This document shows positions 14,353-27,295 of a stretch of 64,000 nucleotides of DNA, piece after piece. Source of the stretch: Azolla caroliniana. Its lineage: Eukaryota; Plantae; Polypodiophyta. The position numbers were made by a program, and so were the translations under genes. The notes below the pieces were generated by a model. The model saw only the letters and a program-made list of their open reading frames with translations. It did no database searches and was not told the DNA's origin. Location of the stretch: positions 13,144,001 to 13,208,000 of the forward strand of contig JBHGNT010000014.1 of NCBI GenBank assembly GCA_043228905.1, read 5' to 3'. Position 1 is the first letter of the stretch, and each line of letters starts with the position of its first letter.

Positions 14353-17300
14353 CATGTTGAACCGTTGAATCACCTTTGTCACATACTTCTCCTGTGACAA
14401 CCACAACAACTTCTTCGACCGGTCCTGGATGATGTGCATTCCCAATATCTGTCTTGGCGGCCCCAAGTCTTTCATTAAGAAGGTCCAGTTCAGGGCCTTC
14501 GTTAGCATCTGAATCTTGCCTTGGTCTCGTCCGACGATCAACATATCATCCACATATAGGAGGAGTATTAGGAAATCTCCTCCATCAAATTTCTTCACAA
14601 ACACGCTTGCGTTTTGTGGTACCCTTGGTCGGTCATGAAGGAGTTGAACTTCCGATACCATTGTCGGGGGGCTTGCTTCAGTCTGTATAGGCTCTTCTTT
14701 AGCCGGCACACCATGTGCTCCTTCTCTTTCTCCTCAAATCCTTCCGGTTGATGCATGAAGATCTCCTCTTTGAGGTCACCATGGAGGAATGTCGTCTTCA
14801 CGTCCAGTTTCCCAATACTGTCCGGATGGATGTCATCTTTATTACCGGGGCAAAGATCTCATCGAAATCCACTCCTTTCTTCTACTAGAAGCCCTTCACC
14901 ACAATTCGGGCCTTATACCTGGGTGGATTTCCGGCATCTCCCGGTTTCAACTTGTACACCCACTTGTTCCGGAGTGCTCTCTTCCCTTTCGGCAACTTTG
15001 TTAGTTCATATGTGTGGTTCTCATGCAGGGAATCCATCTCATCTTGCATGGCACTCAACCACTTGCGGCTATGGGTGTCCCTCTTTGCTTCTTCGAAGCT
15101 TTCCGGCTCCCCCTCATCGGTTAGCAACACATGCTCTGTATTCGGGAATCTCCGGGGGGACTCCTCTCTCTCAGAGAGGATATCTCCGTCCTTGGTTTCA
15201 GACTATCGGTTCCTCCGTCAGTTCCTCATCTGAGTCTGATTCGGGATCTTGTCCGATACCAATGTCTTCTTCTTCTTCTTCTTCTTCGGTCGGTTCGGTT
15301 TCTTGTCCGAATCGGGCCGGTTCGTCGAGTGTCGTTCGGTTATCGGCTAACATTCGGCTTTCAACCGGGTAGGTCCTTGGGTCCCTAGGCCGGTTTCAAT
15401 TGGATGATCCGGAGTTGGTCATCTTCTTCTCCGACTCTCAGGCGGCAATGGTCCTGTCTTCCATGAAGACTATGTCCCGACTCCGGAACACCTTCTTGTC
15501 GACCAGATCCCATACCTAGTAACCAAAGTCATCGTTGTCATATCTAAGGAATATGCATGGCCTGGACTTAGGATCCAGCTTTGCTCTCTTGTCCTTTGCC
15601 ACATGCACATATGCAAGACACCCGAACACCTTTAGATGCCGGTAAGAGACATCTTTACCGGTCCATACTTTCTGACGTGTGTCTCCTTCCAAGGGTACTG
15701 AGGGTGATCTGTTTATCACATATGTCACCGTCGATAGCACCTCGACCCAAAACATCTTGGGTAACTTGGCATGTGCGAGCATGCTCAGGACACTCTCGAT
15801 TATTGTCTAGTTCATCCTTTCGGCCAGCCCATTCAATTCCGGCGTCTTCGGCACGGTAAATTCGAGCTGGATTCCCTTCGACCGGCAATTCTCCTCGAAC
15901 TGCTCCCAATATTCTCTTCTGTTATCTGCTCGAACCACCTTCAACTTCCGGCCGGTTTCTCTTTCTACTCTCACATGGAGCTCCTTGAAGATGGTTAGCA
16001 CTCGATCCTTTGTCTTCAACGGTGAGACCCACAGCTTCCGGCTGTGATCATTTATGAACGTCACGAAGTACTGCAATCCGGCATATGACTTCGTGTCTAC
16101 TTGACACACATCGGTATGCACCAGCTCTAGTGGTGCATTTCATCTCATCGGTGGCCTTGACCGGAAGGACGTTCAGTTTTCCTTGCCAACAAGACAATCG
16201 GTGCACTTCTCAAATTGTACGTCCTTTACTAGAATGAGGTTGTCTTCGGCAAGCCTTCTCACTCCTGTGACACAGACTTTTGTGCCACGCTCACTGGCAG
16301 TGTCAAATGCTACGTTCACCTCTTCCCAGCATATCCGAGCATTCATCAAGTACAGTGTGTTGATCTTCCGAGCTGGAGCCACTATCAAGCTTCCCTTGCT
16401 GAACATCATAACTCCATTCTAGATGCTACCCGTGTAGCCTTCATCATCTAGCCAACCGACTGATATTAGGTTAAGTCGAACCTTCGGAACATGTCAGACA
16501 TCCTTTAGCAACAACTTGCATCCGGTTGGTGTCATCAACCAACCACACGTCTCCTATGCCAACAATTCAGTATGTACCTTTATTCCCCATCCGGACACAT
16601 CCGTGCTCACCAACTCTGTACGATGAGAAGCATTTCCGGACACTCCGGAATCGACAACCCATGTTGTCTCATCGCCGGCAAGGTTCAACTCACTCTACTT
16701 GGTGATGAGCATTAGTTCCTCTACACTTGTTGTGATCCCATCGTTCCCTTCCGGTCCGGGCCTCGCCGATCCGAACCGTTTCGGTCCGGGGACTTCTTCG
16801 AATCGGTACTGTCGATTCCCTTGTCTTTCCGGAAATGCCAACAGTTCTTTTGGAAGTGCCCCAACTTGCTGGAATAGAAGCAAGTGGGCCTTCCCCTTGA
16901 CTTTGACCGTGTCCCCGACTTTTCCCGGTTCTGGGGACTTCGATTTGTCTTCCGCGTTCTGATTTAGTAAGGAGGGCTTTGGTGTCGGAGATCACTTCCT
17001 TGTCTTTCCGACACGCCTCCTCATCTAGCAAGCTTGACTTGACTCTTAGTAGGGATAACTGTTTTCCTTCTGGCCTGGCGTTGCCCAACATGACAACTAA
17101 CGTCTCCCAGCTATCTGAGAGGGAACCGAACAGGAGTAGAGCAAGTACCTCATCGGCGAGAGGTACTTCCAACGAGGTTGCCTGATGTATCAGTACCTGG
17201 AAGGCATTCATGTGCTCCGCCATACTGGAGTCGTCTTGGTACCAGAGCCTCACTAGCTTTCGGAATACCGAAACCCGGTTAACAACATTCTTGTTCTTGA

Positions 17301-17902
17301 ACATGATGTCGATCTTCTCCCAGAGTTCATGGGCCTTACTTTCTTCATTAAAGTTGTTGTACAAGATCATGTCAATGAAGCACCGGGTGTATGCCATCGT
17401 CTTCATGTGCATCACCTCCCACACTGTGGCGTCGATCTTATACGGTCTCTTGTCCCCGAACTGAACCAACAACCAAAGATCTTTGACCACTAGCATATCC
17501 CTCATCTTCGACTTCCACATTGAGTAGTTGGAGCCAATGAGCTTGAACATGCCGCTAAAGGATTCTTCCATTTTCTGTGTTGTTCGCTCTGATACCAGTT
17601 TGTGAGGAATACCGCGAAATACTGCTTGACCACAACCTAGTCTTGAATCACTTGAATAAAAGTGCAACACAGGAATGGGAATAAACGTACACACAAAAGA
17701 GAATACACGTGATGTTTACATGGAAAACCCTAAATGGGAAAAACCACGACAACCCACAGACTCCGAACTATCACTATGAAGAGAAGGGGTACAATCAGAG
17801 ACTCGTAGGCAGCGATCTCGAGCTTGGTTTCTTCGCCAAGCAGCAGTTACAATAGAGTATCACTCTATATCTCTCTCCCTCTCTCTTTGTCGCTCTATAC
17901 GT

Positions 17903-19105
17903 TGTCGTGTGAATCTTCACACACTATGTAAAAAAATAATGAAATAATTATTATAGATTAGATTAGTAGCTTACTATAGAAAGATGGATATACTCAAGAG
18001 CTTTAAAACGTATTTTACTATATACAAAATGGAGAAATACATATCAAGTTATGTGAAAATGAAGTTTGAGAAGATAGGGAAATTAGAACTATCCCACATA
18101 GATAGGAAACTTAAGGTCCTGGCTATATAAGCACCTTGAGCTCCCTCATTTTTCATTTGTGCTAAGAGCACTTTGGCCACTTTGTCTTTGCCATGTTTCC
18201 AAAAACCGGAAACTGGACGGTAAGCAAATTCGGAAACCGGCTGGTAAGCAAAACTGGAATCCGGAAACCGGCCGGTATGCAAAACCGGAATCTGGAAACC
18301 GGCCGGTATGCAAATCCGGAAACTGGCTGGTATGCAAAACTAGAAACCGGAAACCGGTCGGCAAGCAAACCGGAACAGGAATCGGAACCGGCCAGCAAGC
18401 AAAATTGGAACTGGAACCGGCAAGCAAACCCGAACCGTTCGGCGAGGGATTTGGTGATCTAGCAGAAATGGCTACCCGACGAGGTTGGACGCTGACGGAC
18501 GGAAGATTGGATTATGAAACAAACTAAAGTAAAGTGAAGAGAACTAAAGTAAAGGCCATGTGGATGCAAGCAACTAAAGTTGGAGTGTATGCAAAAAGTA
18601 AAGGTGATGTGGAAGGTGTGCAACAAAAAGGTGGAGATCATGCAACAAACTAAAGTAAAGTGAAGAAAACTAAAGTAAACGCCATATGGGATGCATGCAA
18701 GGGAAGGAGAAAAAAAAAGGAAGAATCCGTGAATCACTCATAAATTTAGAATTTTTTTCGATAGGGGAGGGAAGCTATCTCTCAAGTAAACCCTAATTTC
18801 CTAATCAAAGCCATACAACTCAGAAACCCTAATTTTCGAATTGAATCTAAAAACCCTAATATTCTAATTAAATCCATATCTCATTTCTTCTAATCTATTA
18901 CTCTAGCCATCTCCATTAGCAAACATTTTGTAATCCCAATCTTGGGATTAATTGTAATCTTTCTTTCTACTTGTTAATGAAATCTATTAATCTTTCTCAT
19001 TTCGGTTAATTCTTAGTACATTAATACACGAATTTGATATCCTCTAGTCAAAGGCCCCGGGGTCTTGCCTGAACGTTCACGTATCCTCGCCATATTTTCA
19101 CGACA
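17903..19105. mobile_element. Solo LTR (1.2 kb) inserted in the Copia 5' LTR
   Basis: Termini TGTCGTG...CACGACA; 4-bp TSD ACGT confirmed against the uninterrupted sister LTR (CTATACGTCTCTG at ~12901); internal ~23-bp GAAACCGG repeats at 18200-18430. Confidence 0.85.
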
Positions 19106-21505
19106 ACGTCTCTGTACAACAATTACAACAATACAACAACAATACAACATAACATTATACAGTTATTGCCCTAAGTCATATTTATACTTATATGAACTTA
19201 GGGCTATTTACAAATATAGCCTCAATGGGCTTACTCATAAACTTCTCTCTTCCGGTTCTCACTGGCTCTCTTCAGGTTCTCACCGGGTCTCCTCTAGTTT
19301 CCGGATCTCTTCCGGTTGTCACCGGGTCCTCTTCATTCATCACTACATCCCATCCGGAGGGACCGATTTGCCAACAGAAGGAAGATTCAGGGTGAATGTG
19401 TATCAATTATCGCCGTTTGAATAAATTGACAATTAAAAATGCATATCCGTTAACTTGTGCCGATGATTTGATTGATCGTTTGCATGAGGCCTGATATTTT
19501 ACAAAAATTGAGTAACAGATAGGTTATCATCAAATTCGCATTACCAAGGATGATATTCCTAAAACCACTTTTCGTACGCACTACATTATGAGTTTTTAGT
19601 CATGCCTTTTGGGTTAACTAATACTCCAGCCACATTCCAACAAGCGATGAATGACGTTTTCCAAGGTCAATTCGGTGATTTTGTTGTCGTCTTCTTGGAT
19701 GATATTTTGATATATAGCTGTACCTTGCAAGATCATGTTCAACATGTTCGATTTGTTTTGCAAAAGTTGCGTGACAACTCTTTCTATGCAAAACATTCAA
19801 AATGTGATTTTTTCCAAAAATCTATTGTGTACCTAGGTCATTTAATTACGGAAAATGGTGGTGAAATTGAACCTTCTCGTATTGAAAAGGTTAAACTTTG
19901 GCCCATTCCTTGTAATATTTGTGAATTGCGATCATTCTTAGGGTTTGTTGGATTTTTACGAAAATCAATTCGTAACGATTCCAAATTGACTACGCCATTA
20001 ACTAACCTTGTAAAAGGTCATCCATGTAAGTCTGTCAAACCAATTGCATGGAATGAACAACTTGACAAATCATTTGAGACACTCAAAGAGCATGTGTGTC
20101 TTCTATTACCGGACCCTTCTAAGCCTTTGTCAATCGAAACCGATGCTAGTGATTATGCTATTGGTGTCATTCTTTATCAAGGCGGTCACCGTATTGCTTT
20201 TGAAAGTAAGAAGCTTGATGCTGCTCAATCTCGGTATTCGGTTCAAGAGAAAGAGTTGTTTGCAGTAATACATGCACTTAAAACATGGAGGCACTATCTC
20301 TATGGAAATAAATTTGTGGTTACAACAAACCATCAATCATTGAAGTATTTTTGTGACCAGTGAGATCTTGTTGGTAGTAAAGGCCGTTGGGCTGACCTTA
20401 TGCATGATTTTGATTTTTCCATACTATATCGAAAGGGTTCTATGAACACTGTTGCGGATGCTCTTAGTTGCATTAAAGAAGTTAATATGTTTAGCTTCAT
20501 GGAAATAAAATCTGATCTTTTAGATCACCTTCGAGGGAAATACCTTGATGACAATTATTTTTCGAAATACTAGATGAAAGCCGAATCTGGTTTAGATGTC
20601 GATACTGGCACCCTACCCTTGAAGGCGACCTTTCACATTACAAATGGTTTGCTCTACCATAGTGGAAAGGTCTCTGTTCCAGATTTACCAAACGTAAAAT
20701 AGAAAATTCTTCATGAATGTCTTGATGCACCATATGTTGGTCATCTTGGAATACAACGCACACTTGTTCTCATCTCGAGTACTTTTTTCTGGCCTAAGAT
20801 GCGCTCGAACGTGCATAAATACGTAAGTCAATGCTTCCAATGTCAGATTAATAAGTCAGAACGACTTAAAGTTGCTGGTCTTTCACATCCATTAGATATT
20901 CCCAACAATAAATGGGAAAGTATCTCGATGGATTTTATTGTTAGTTTACCTCATACACAGAGGGGTCATGATGCCATTTCGGTTGTTGTTGACAGACTAA
21001 CAAAATTGGCTAGATTTATTCCTACCAAAACCACGGTAACCGCTCAACAATTGGCTTATCAATTTGTTGATGAGTTATTTTGTTTTTATGGATTACTGAT
21101 GGATATTGTTAGTGATCGAGATTCCAAGTTTACTAGTGACTTTTGGACTCAAGTCTTTAAGAAACTAGAAACTACGTTGAGCATGAGTTCCGCAGATCAT
21201 CCTCAGTCTGATGGACAAACTGAACGAGTTAATCAAATTATTGAGGACATGCTTCGAGCTTATGTAGCAAAAACCCCTTCTAAGTGGGAGAAATACCTTC
21301 CTATCTTAGAATTTGCCTATAATAGCTCTAAACATACATCCACTGGATATAGTCCTTTTATCTTGATGTATGGTTTTCAGCGATGTGCCCAAGTTGATGT
21401 CACGATTCATCGTGATACATTAGACAGTACACACGATTTTTTGCAAGACATGAACCAAATGTTGCATATTGCCAAAGAGAATGTCAAGACAACATGTTCA
21501 AGGGT

Positions 21506-21642
21506 TGTCTAAATCATGATAGTGCATGCACTTATCATTCCTTCTATCCAATCATTAGTCCCCTTTTTAACATTGGTGAACATACCCTTCACTAATGTAA
21601 ATATTGGTGACCTACCCTAACCAACGTTATGAATACACAACA
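21506..21642. repeat. 137-bp LTR-like repeat, copy 2
   Basis: Near-identical to 10265-10401; cuts off the Gypsy integrase. Confidence 0.8.
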
Positions 21643-21736
21643 AAAAGTAGCATGGTGCATGCTAAAATAAAAAAGCACCCACTATTTTTATGTGGGAGAG
21701 CCTCTCGAATTGTATAAAAGGTTGAATAGAGCTCAT

Positions 21737-24217
21737 TGTTAGAAGGGAAGGGAGATACAATGCGAAAGCACTATTGGAATCGAGAGAAAGGTCATGTGTT
21801 ACAAGTCAAGAGGGCGTGGCGTGTAAAATCAACAACGACGAAAGGAGACATTGCTTCATTTGTCATGACATTGTACCAAAACTTGAGGATACCCCGCCCC
21901 CCCCTCCCCCCTTCTCGAATAAGGGTATATAATGGCCGTATTCACATTATCCCCTTGAAGAAACTAGATTTAGGACAATTTTGTAAACATGCGCTAACCC
22001 AGTTAATATATAACGAGCTTTGTAACGTAGTTTGTAAGGTGGCTCATTTTTTGTTGTTGTCGCCATTCGTTTGTAACTCAGAGCCCAAATAATATAGTTA
22101 CATTTTGCTTGTGCCATCACTATTCTACCTTCTTTTTCTGTTGCTTTGTTGATATTGTGTTATGATCTAGTTGTCTATTGTTCTTAATCTGTTTCCCATT
22201 TACTCTCTAACGATCTTCATAACCAAGAGTGCTGAGATATTGTTCCGCATAAGACAACTTCTTTCAACATCTGGTATCAGAGCTTGGTTTTTCCTTGATG
22301 TTGTTGCCTCCATCGTAATCACTCGTAGCAGATTGGGCCCTAGGGAACAACCCCCAATCAGTCGGCTAGACAACATTTGTGAGGACCAATCGGCTCTGTC
22401 CCTCTAATCGTCGTAGTCATTTCAAGTAGGATTGGTCTGGATAATCAACAAAAAATCTGTGATCAACATCTCAAAATTAGCATTGGAATCAAGTACACAG
22501 AATCGTATCCAACTCAGGAAGCCGATTCGACTTGTGTTTGAATCCGACTCTAACGATATCAAGTGAGCCAGTTGGCTGCATCCCACCACTGTTTGTAGAC
22601 AACTCCGAATAGAGTCTAACAAGCAGACATAGATGTCATCAACATCCAACTCATCAGAGATCAGTCTAAGGTAGTTCAATGGATCGAACTTCAACTTCTG
22701 GAAAGAGCAGATGCAAGATTATCTGATAGTCATGGGTCAAATAGATCCAATCGAGTTAGAAAATCCTCTAGAAGGAATCAAGCCAAATGATTGGACAAAA
22801 CTCGACAGAATTGTCTAAGCCACCATTCGGATGCACTTGTCGGAGTTAGTGTACTTTATAGTGCAATCCTGTTCGACAACCTTTCAACTTTAGAAGACAC
22901 TTTCGGATACCTATGAGAAGAAGGTAGCTGCCACAAAGATATATCTAATTCGGTGCCTTTATAATCTTTCGATGAAAGAATCTGATTTGGTCTACGCACA
23001 CCTCAATGAGTACGAAGGCCTATGTTCCCAAATCTCGGCTCAGGGGACGATCATTGAGGATGAAATAAAAGCGATGCTTTTTATGCGTAGTCTCCCCCCT
23101 TTGTGGGAAACTTTCGTCATAACCGTGTGCAATGCGTCGAATGTTGCCGTGAAGTACTCTGAAGTTACTAGCGCAATTCTGACTGAAGATGCTTAGACGA
23201 AATTGTTTCAAAAGATTCGGCAAATGACGCTTACGTAGTACAAGGTTAGACTGACCGATCGAATAATCGAGGAAGAAGTTCTTCCGGACCGCTGAACAAT
23301 CAACGAAGTCGGAGCAAGTCCTAGGACAATGGAATTTGCAACTATTGCAAGAAACCCGGGCACATCAAAGCCGATTGTCGTGCACTGAAAGCGAAGAACG
23401 ATAGAGCTTAGCGAGCTGATCAAAACAGTGGCCGGGATGGGGAGGTCAAGTATATCAACTCTTTGGCCGAAGTATTCTGGAACTACCCGAACATACTATC
23501 CATCGAATTAGAAGTTTTGCTTACGATTGAGGAATCAAGCACATGGCTCTTGGATTCAGGTGCATCCTACCATGTGACCCCTCACAGATCCAAATTTCGG
23601 CAATATTCGGCCCGACACTCTGACTCAGTACGAGTCGAAAATTTGTAGCATTGCGTTATTATCAGAATCGGCACTATAGAACTAAATCCCAGGTGGTTCT
23701 ACATTAGTACTACACAAATTCCGACATGTACCTGAGCTCTCAAGAACTTTGATCTCAGTCAGACAATTAAACGGAGTCAACATCCGTCTTGACTTCTCAT
23801 CAAGAGGGTGGAAACTCCATAGGGGGAACGTCCTGCTTGCTAGAGAGCCGAAAATACATTCACTGTACCCGTTATATGTCACAGTCAAAGAGGGTGACTT
23901 GTTTCCTGGTGGATATTCCCGTACCATCGCTATGGCATGGACCACTCCGACACATCAGCAAGGCTAGCATAATGCACTTATCTAGATCCGAATACATCCC
24001 CAAACTCTCCTTCTTCAATCATCAATTCTGCGAGCATTGCCAGTATGGCAAATAGAAAACTGCCTCACAACCGACAAGTACATCGAGAGAATCCAATCCA
24101 CTTGGACGTATGTGGCCCTATGCCACATCAATCTTTTGCCAGTGCTTTGTACTTCGTAAGTTTTATCGATGACTCGACTCGAAAGGTGCGGGCTTATCCG
24201 ATCAAAACCAAAGATCA
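21737..24217 (+). mobile_element. Truncated degenerate Copia (5' LTR 21737-22269, PBS, gag-PR-partial INT)
   Basis: TGTTAG...CAACA then TGGTATCAGAGC at 22272; FNGSNFNFWKEQM, CNYCKKPGH, WLLDSGASYH, DVCGP, FIDDS. Confidence 0.85.
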
Positions 24218-27200
24218 TGTTGAGATACTGGTCCCTCATAATGGGGATCAGAGAAGCTTGAGATGAACGATTTGGATCAGAGATTTCGGAAGGATATTCC
24301 AAAACCGGATTAGATGGACCTGGAAGGGGTCCGGATGGCTCGAGCTTTAACAAGAAGAGAGATAGATTTGTAAATACCCTAAAAGTTATATGAGTATAAA
24401 TATAACTAGGGAAAATGGTTGAGTTGTTGTGGTATTTTAATACATAGAGAGAAATAGAGAGATAGACAGAGAGAAACAGAAAGCATTTTCTGTTGTAATT
24501 GCCGGCTGGCGAAGATAGAGCTCAAGGTCATAGGCTCTAATTCTCCCTTCGTACCTTTCCTCTCTATAGTGAGTTTGTTTGGAGTTAGAGAACTCTCATG
24601 ATTTTGTCTCTCGAGGTTTTCCATGTTACTATTCTGTGTCATCTTATACCGTGTGCAAGTGTGTATCTATCTACATGTTTTTAATTGATCCTTCCATTGA
24701 ACGTTGACACTCGGTTGTGGCTGAGCACTATTCCTAACAATCTGATATCAAAGCATGGAAGATCCATTCAACGACATGTTCAAACTCACTAGCTCCAACT
24801 ACCTAGTATGGAAGTCGAAGATGCGGGACATGTTGGTGGTCCAAGAAATCTGATTGCCGGTACAATTCGGAGATGCAAGACGAAACAAGATAGATGTTGC
24901 GACGTGGGAGGTAATGCACATGAATAAAACAACCTACATCTGATGCTTCATCGACATGAGCTTGTACACCAACTTCAATGAAGAGAGGAAGGCTCATGAG
25001 CTTTGGGAGAACATAGGCATCATGTTTCAGAACAAGAATGTCGTAAATTGAGTCTGAGTATTCTGGAAGTTAGTGAGACGTCAATAACCGGCGAAGATGC
25101 CGAAATTGGAGTCCCCTAACCCGGAACAAATCGGAGATGAGGTCAAAATCAAGGGGAGGCCCACTTGCTTCTATTGTGGGAAGACGGGGCATTTCCAGAA
25201 GAATTGCCGACACTTCTGAAAGGAGAAAGGGGGAGCGACAATGCCGACTCGGAGAAGGGTTCGGACCGGAAGAGTTCGGACCGTAAAGGAGCATTTGGAA
25301 ATCACGACAAGTGAAGAAGAACTATTGCTTATCATCAAGGCGAGCGATCTACATCTTGTCAGTGACGAAACGACGTGGGTGGTCGACTCCGGAGCGTTGT
25401 TCCATCTGACTCCCGACCGGAAATGCTTCGCATCCTACAGAGCCGGAGATTACGGTTGTGTGAGAATGGGGAATGAAGGTGCATGTTGAATTGTCAGCAT
25501 AGGAGACATGTCACTGACGACTTCAACCGGGTGTAGGTTGCTAAAAGATGTCTGACACGTTCCGGAGGTTCGATTGAACCTAATATCAGCCAGTTGGCTA
25601 GATAATGAAGGCTACACCGGTAAAATCCAGAAACGAGTTATGAAATTTGCCAAAGGGAGCCCGATCGTGGCCCGAGACCGGAAAATCAACACCCTATTCT
25701 TGATGCATGCCTGGATTTATCAGGAGGAAGTAAATGTGGCAGCGGACACCATCGGTGAGCTGTGGCACGAGAGCCTGTGCCACATGAGCCATAAAGGGAT
25801 GCATAAACCTACCAAGGATAACCTCATTCCCGAGATGAAAAATGTGCAGCTAGATAAGTGCACTGACATGGCTGGCAAGCAAAACCGAACCTCTTTCTAA
25901 AACAGACTACCGACAAGATGGAAAGAACCACTGGAGTTTCTCCATACTGATGTATGCCAAGTGGACACAAAGTCCCATGCCGGGTCACAGTACTTCGTGA
26001 CGTTTATAGATGACCACATCCAAAAGCTCTGGTTCTTCAAGGACTTCAACGCAAGACTGGAAAGAGAAAGCATCCACAAGTTGAAAGAAGTTCGAGCCGA
26101 CAACAATAGAGGGTATTGTGGGCAATTCGAGGAATACTTCCGATCAAAAGGAATCCGGCTCAAATTTACCGTGCCAAAGACACCAGATCTTAATGGACTA
26201 GCCGAGAGAATAAACTACACCATAATGGAGGAGTCTGAAGCATTCTTGGATATGCCAAGTTATCCAAGATGTTTTGGGTTGACCCGGTGATGGTGGCGAT
26301 CTATTTGATAAACAGGTCACCCTCAGCTCCCTTGGATGTAGACACACCGCAGAGAGTATGTACTGATAAAGATGTGTCTTACTGGCACTTAAAGGTGTTT
26401 GACTGTGTTCCCTACGTACATGTAGCAAAAGAAAAGAGGGAAAAATTGAATCTGAATTCCCGACCATGCATATTCCTTGGATACGGCGATGATGAGTTTG
26501 GCTATTGAGTCAAGAAATAGTCGTCATGGAAGACAAGACCATTGCCGACTGGGAGTCGGAGAAGAAGACAATGGATTCTGGGTCGACCGACAGAGGTCGG
26601 TTGAAGGATATAAGGACCCATCCGACTGGAAGACAGATGACATTCAATCAACAGGCCGGTCCCGAACAAGGAACCGGACCGACCGAAGAAGAAGAATTGG
26701 GCACCGGGACCGGACAAGACCCCGAATTAGATTTGGATGAAGAATAGTCAGAGGAACTAGTGGTCGAAAACCAGGGATGGAGATATCCTCTAGGAGAGAG
26801 AGAAAGGCCCCGCAGAGATACTACTAACCGATGAGGGGGAGCCGTAAAGCTTTGAAGAAGCAAAGAAAGACACCCACAGCTGCAACTACAAGTGGTTAAG
26901 TGCCATGCAGGAGAACCACACATACGAATTGACAGAGCTGTCGAAAGGGAAGAGAGAGCTCTGGAACAAGTGGGTGTACAAGTTGAAACCGGGAGACATC
27001 AGAAATCCACCGAGATACAAAGCCTACATTGTGGTGAAGGGCTTCCAATAGAAGAAAGGAGTGGATATCGATGAGATCTTTGCGCCGGTAGTAAAGATGA
27101 CATCCATCCGGATTGTGTTGAGCATTGCAACAAGCATGGACCTCGAGGTCAAGCAGTTAGACGTCAAGACGACGTTCCTGCCCGGTGACATCGAAGAAGA

Positions 27201-27295
27201 GATCTACATGCAATAGTCAGAGGGATTTGTCAAGAAAGGAGGAGCACCTGGTGTGCCGGTTCAAGAAGAGCTTATACGGACTGAACCAAGCTACC
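24218..27295 (+). mobile_element. Degenerate Copia nested in the preceding one (LTR 24218-24739, gag to partial RT)
   Basis: LTR resembles the 918-1610 family; decayed PBS TGATATCAAAGC; WVVDSGALFH, ADNNRGY, QLDVKTTF. Confidence 0.85.

Larger units (their letters stand above)
12613..19376 (-). mobile_element. Full-length degenerate Copia inserted into the Gypsy RT
   Basis: LTRs 12613-13129 and 17601-19376 (interrupted); tRNA-iMet-type PBS at 17586-17597; PPT next to 13130; gag ORF 16690-17694 plus INT/RT/RH fragments; TSD GAAAG/GAAGG (4/5). Removing it restores Gypsy [16 protein letters not shown]. Confidence 0.92.
10781..21505 (+). mobile_element. Degenerate Ty3/Gypsy gag-pol, split by a nested Copia
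   Basis: gag (10781-11730; GRAAAWW, zinc knuckle), protease (FDSSSSHNF, VDVILGYPW), RT start SPWGAPVLLVNKK resuming after 19381, RT VFLDDILIYS, RNase H ETDASDYAIG, integrase ISMDFIV..SDRD..QTERVNQ. Domain order PR-RT-RH-INT; many stops. Confidence 0.92.

Noticed and set aside
13417-15388. Plus-strand ORFs of 194 and 205 aa
   Set aside because: Antisense shadows of the minus-strand Copia pol.
18049-18527. Overlapping ORFs on both strands
   Set aside because: Produced by the GAAACCGG-rich tandem repeat inside a solo LTR.
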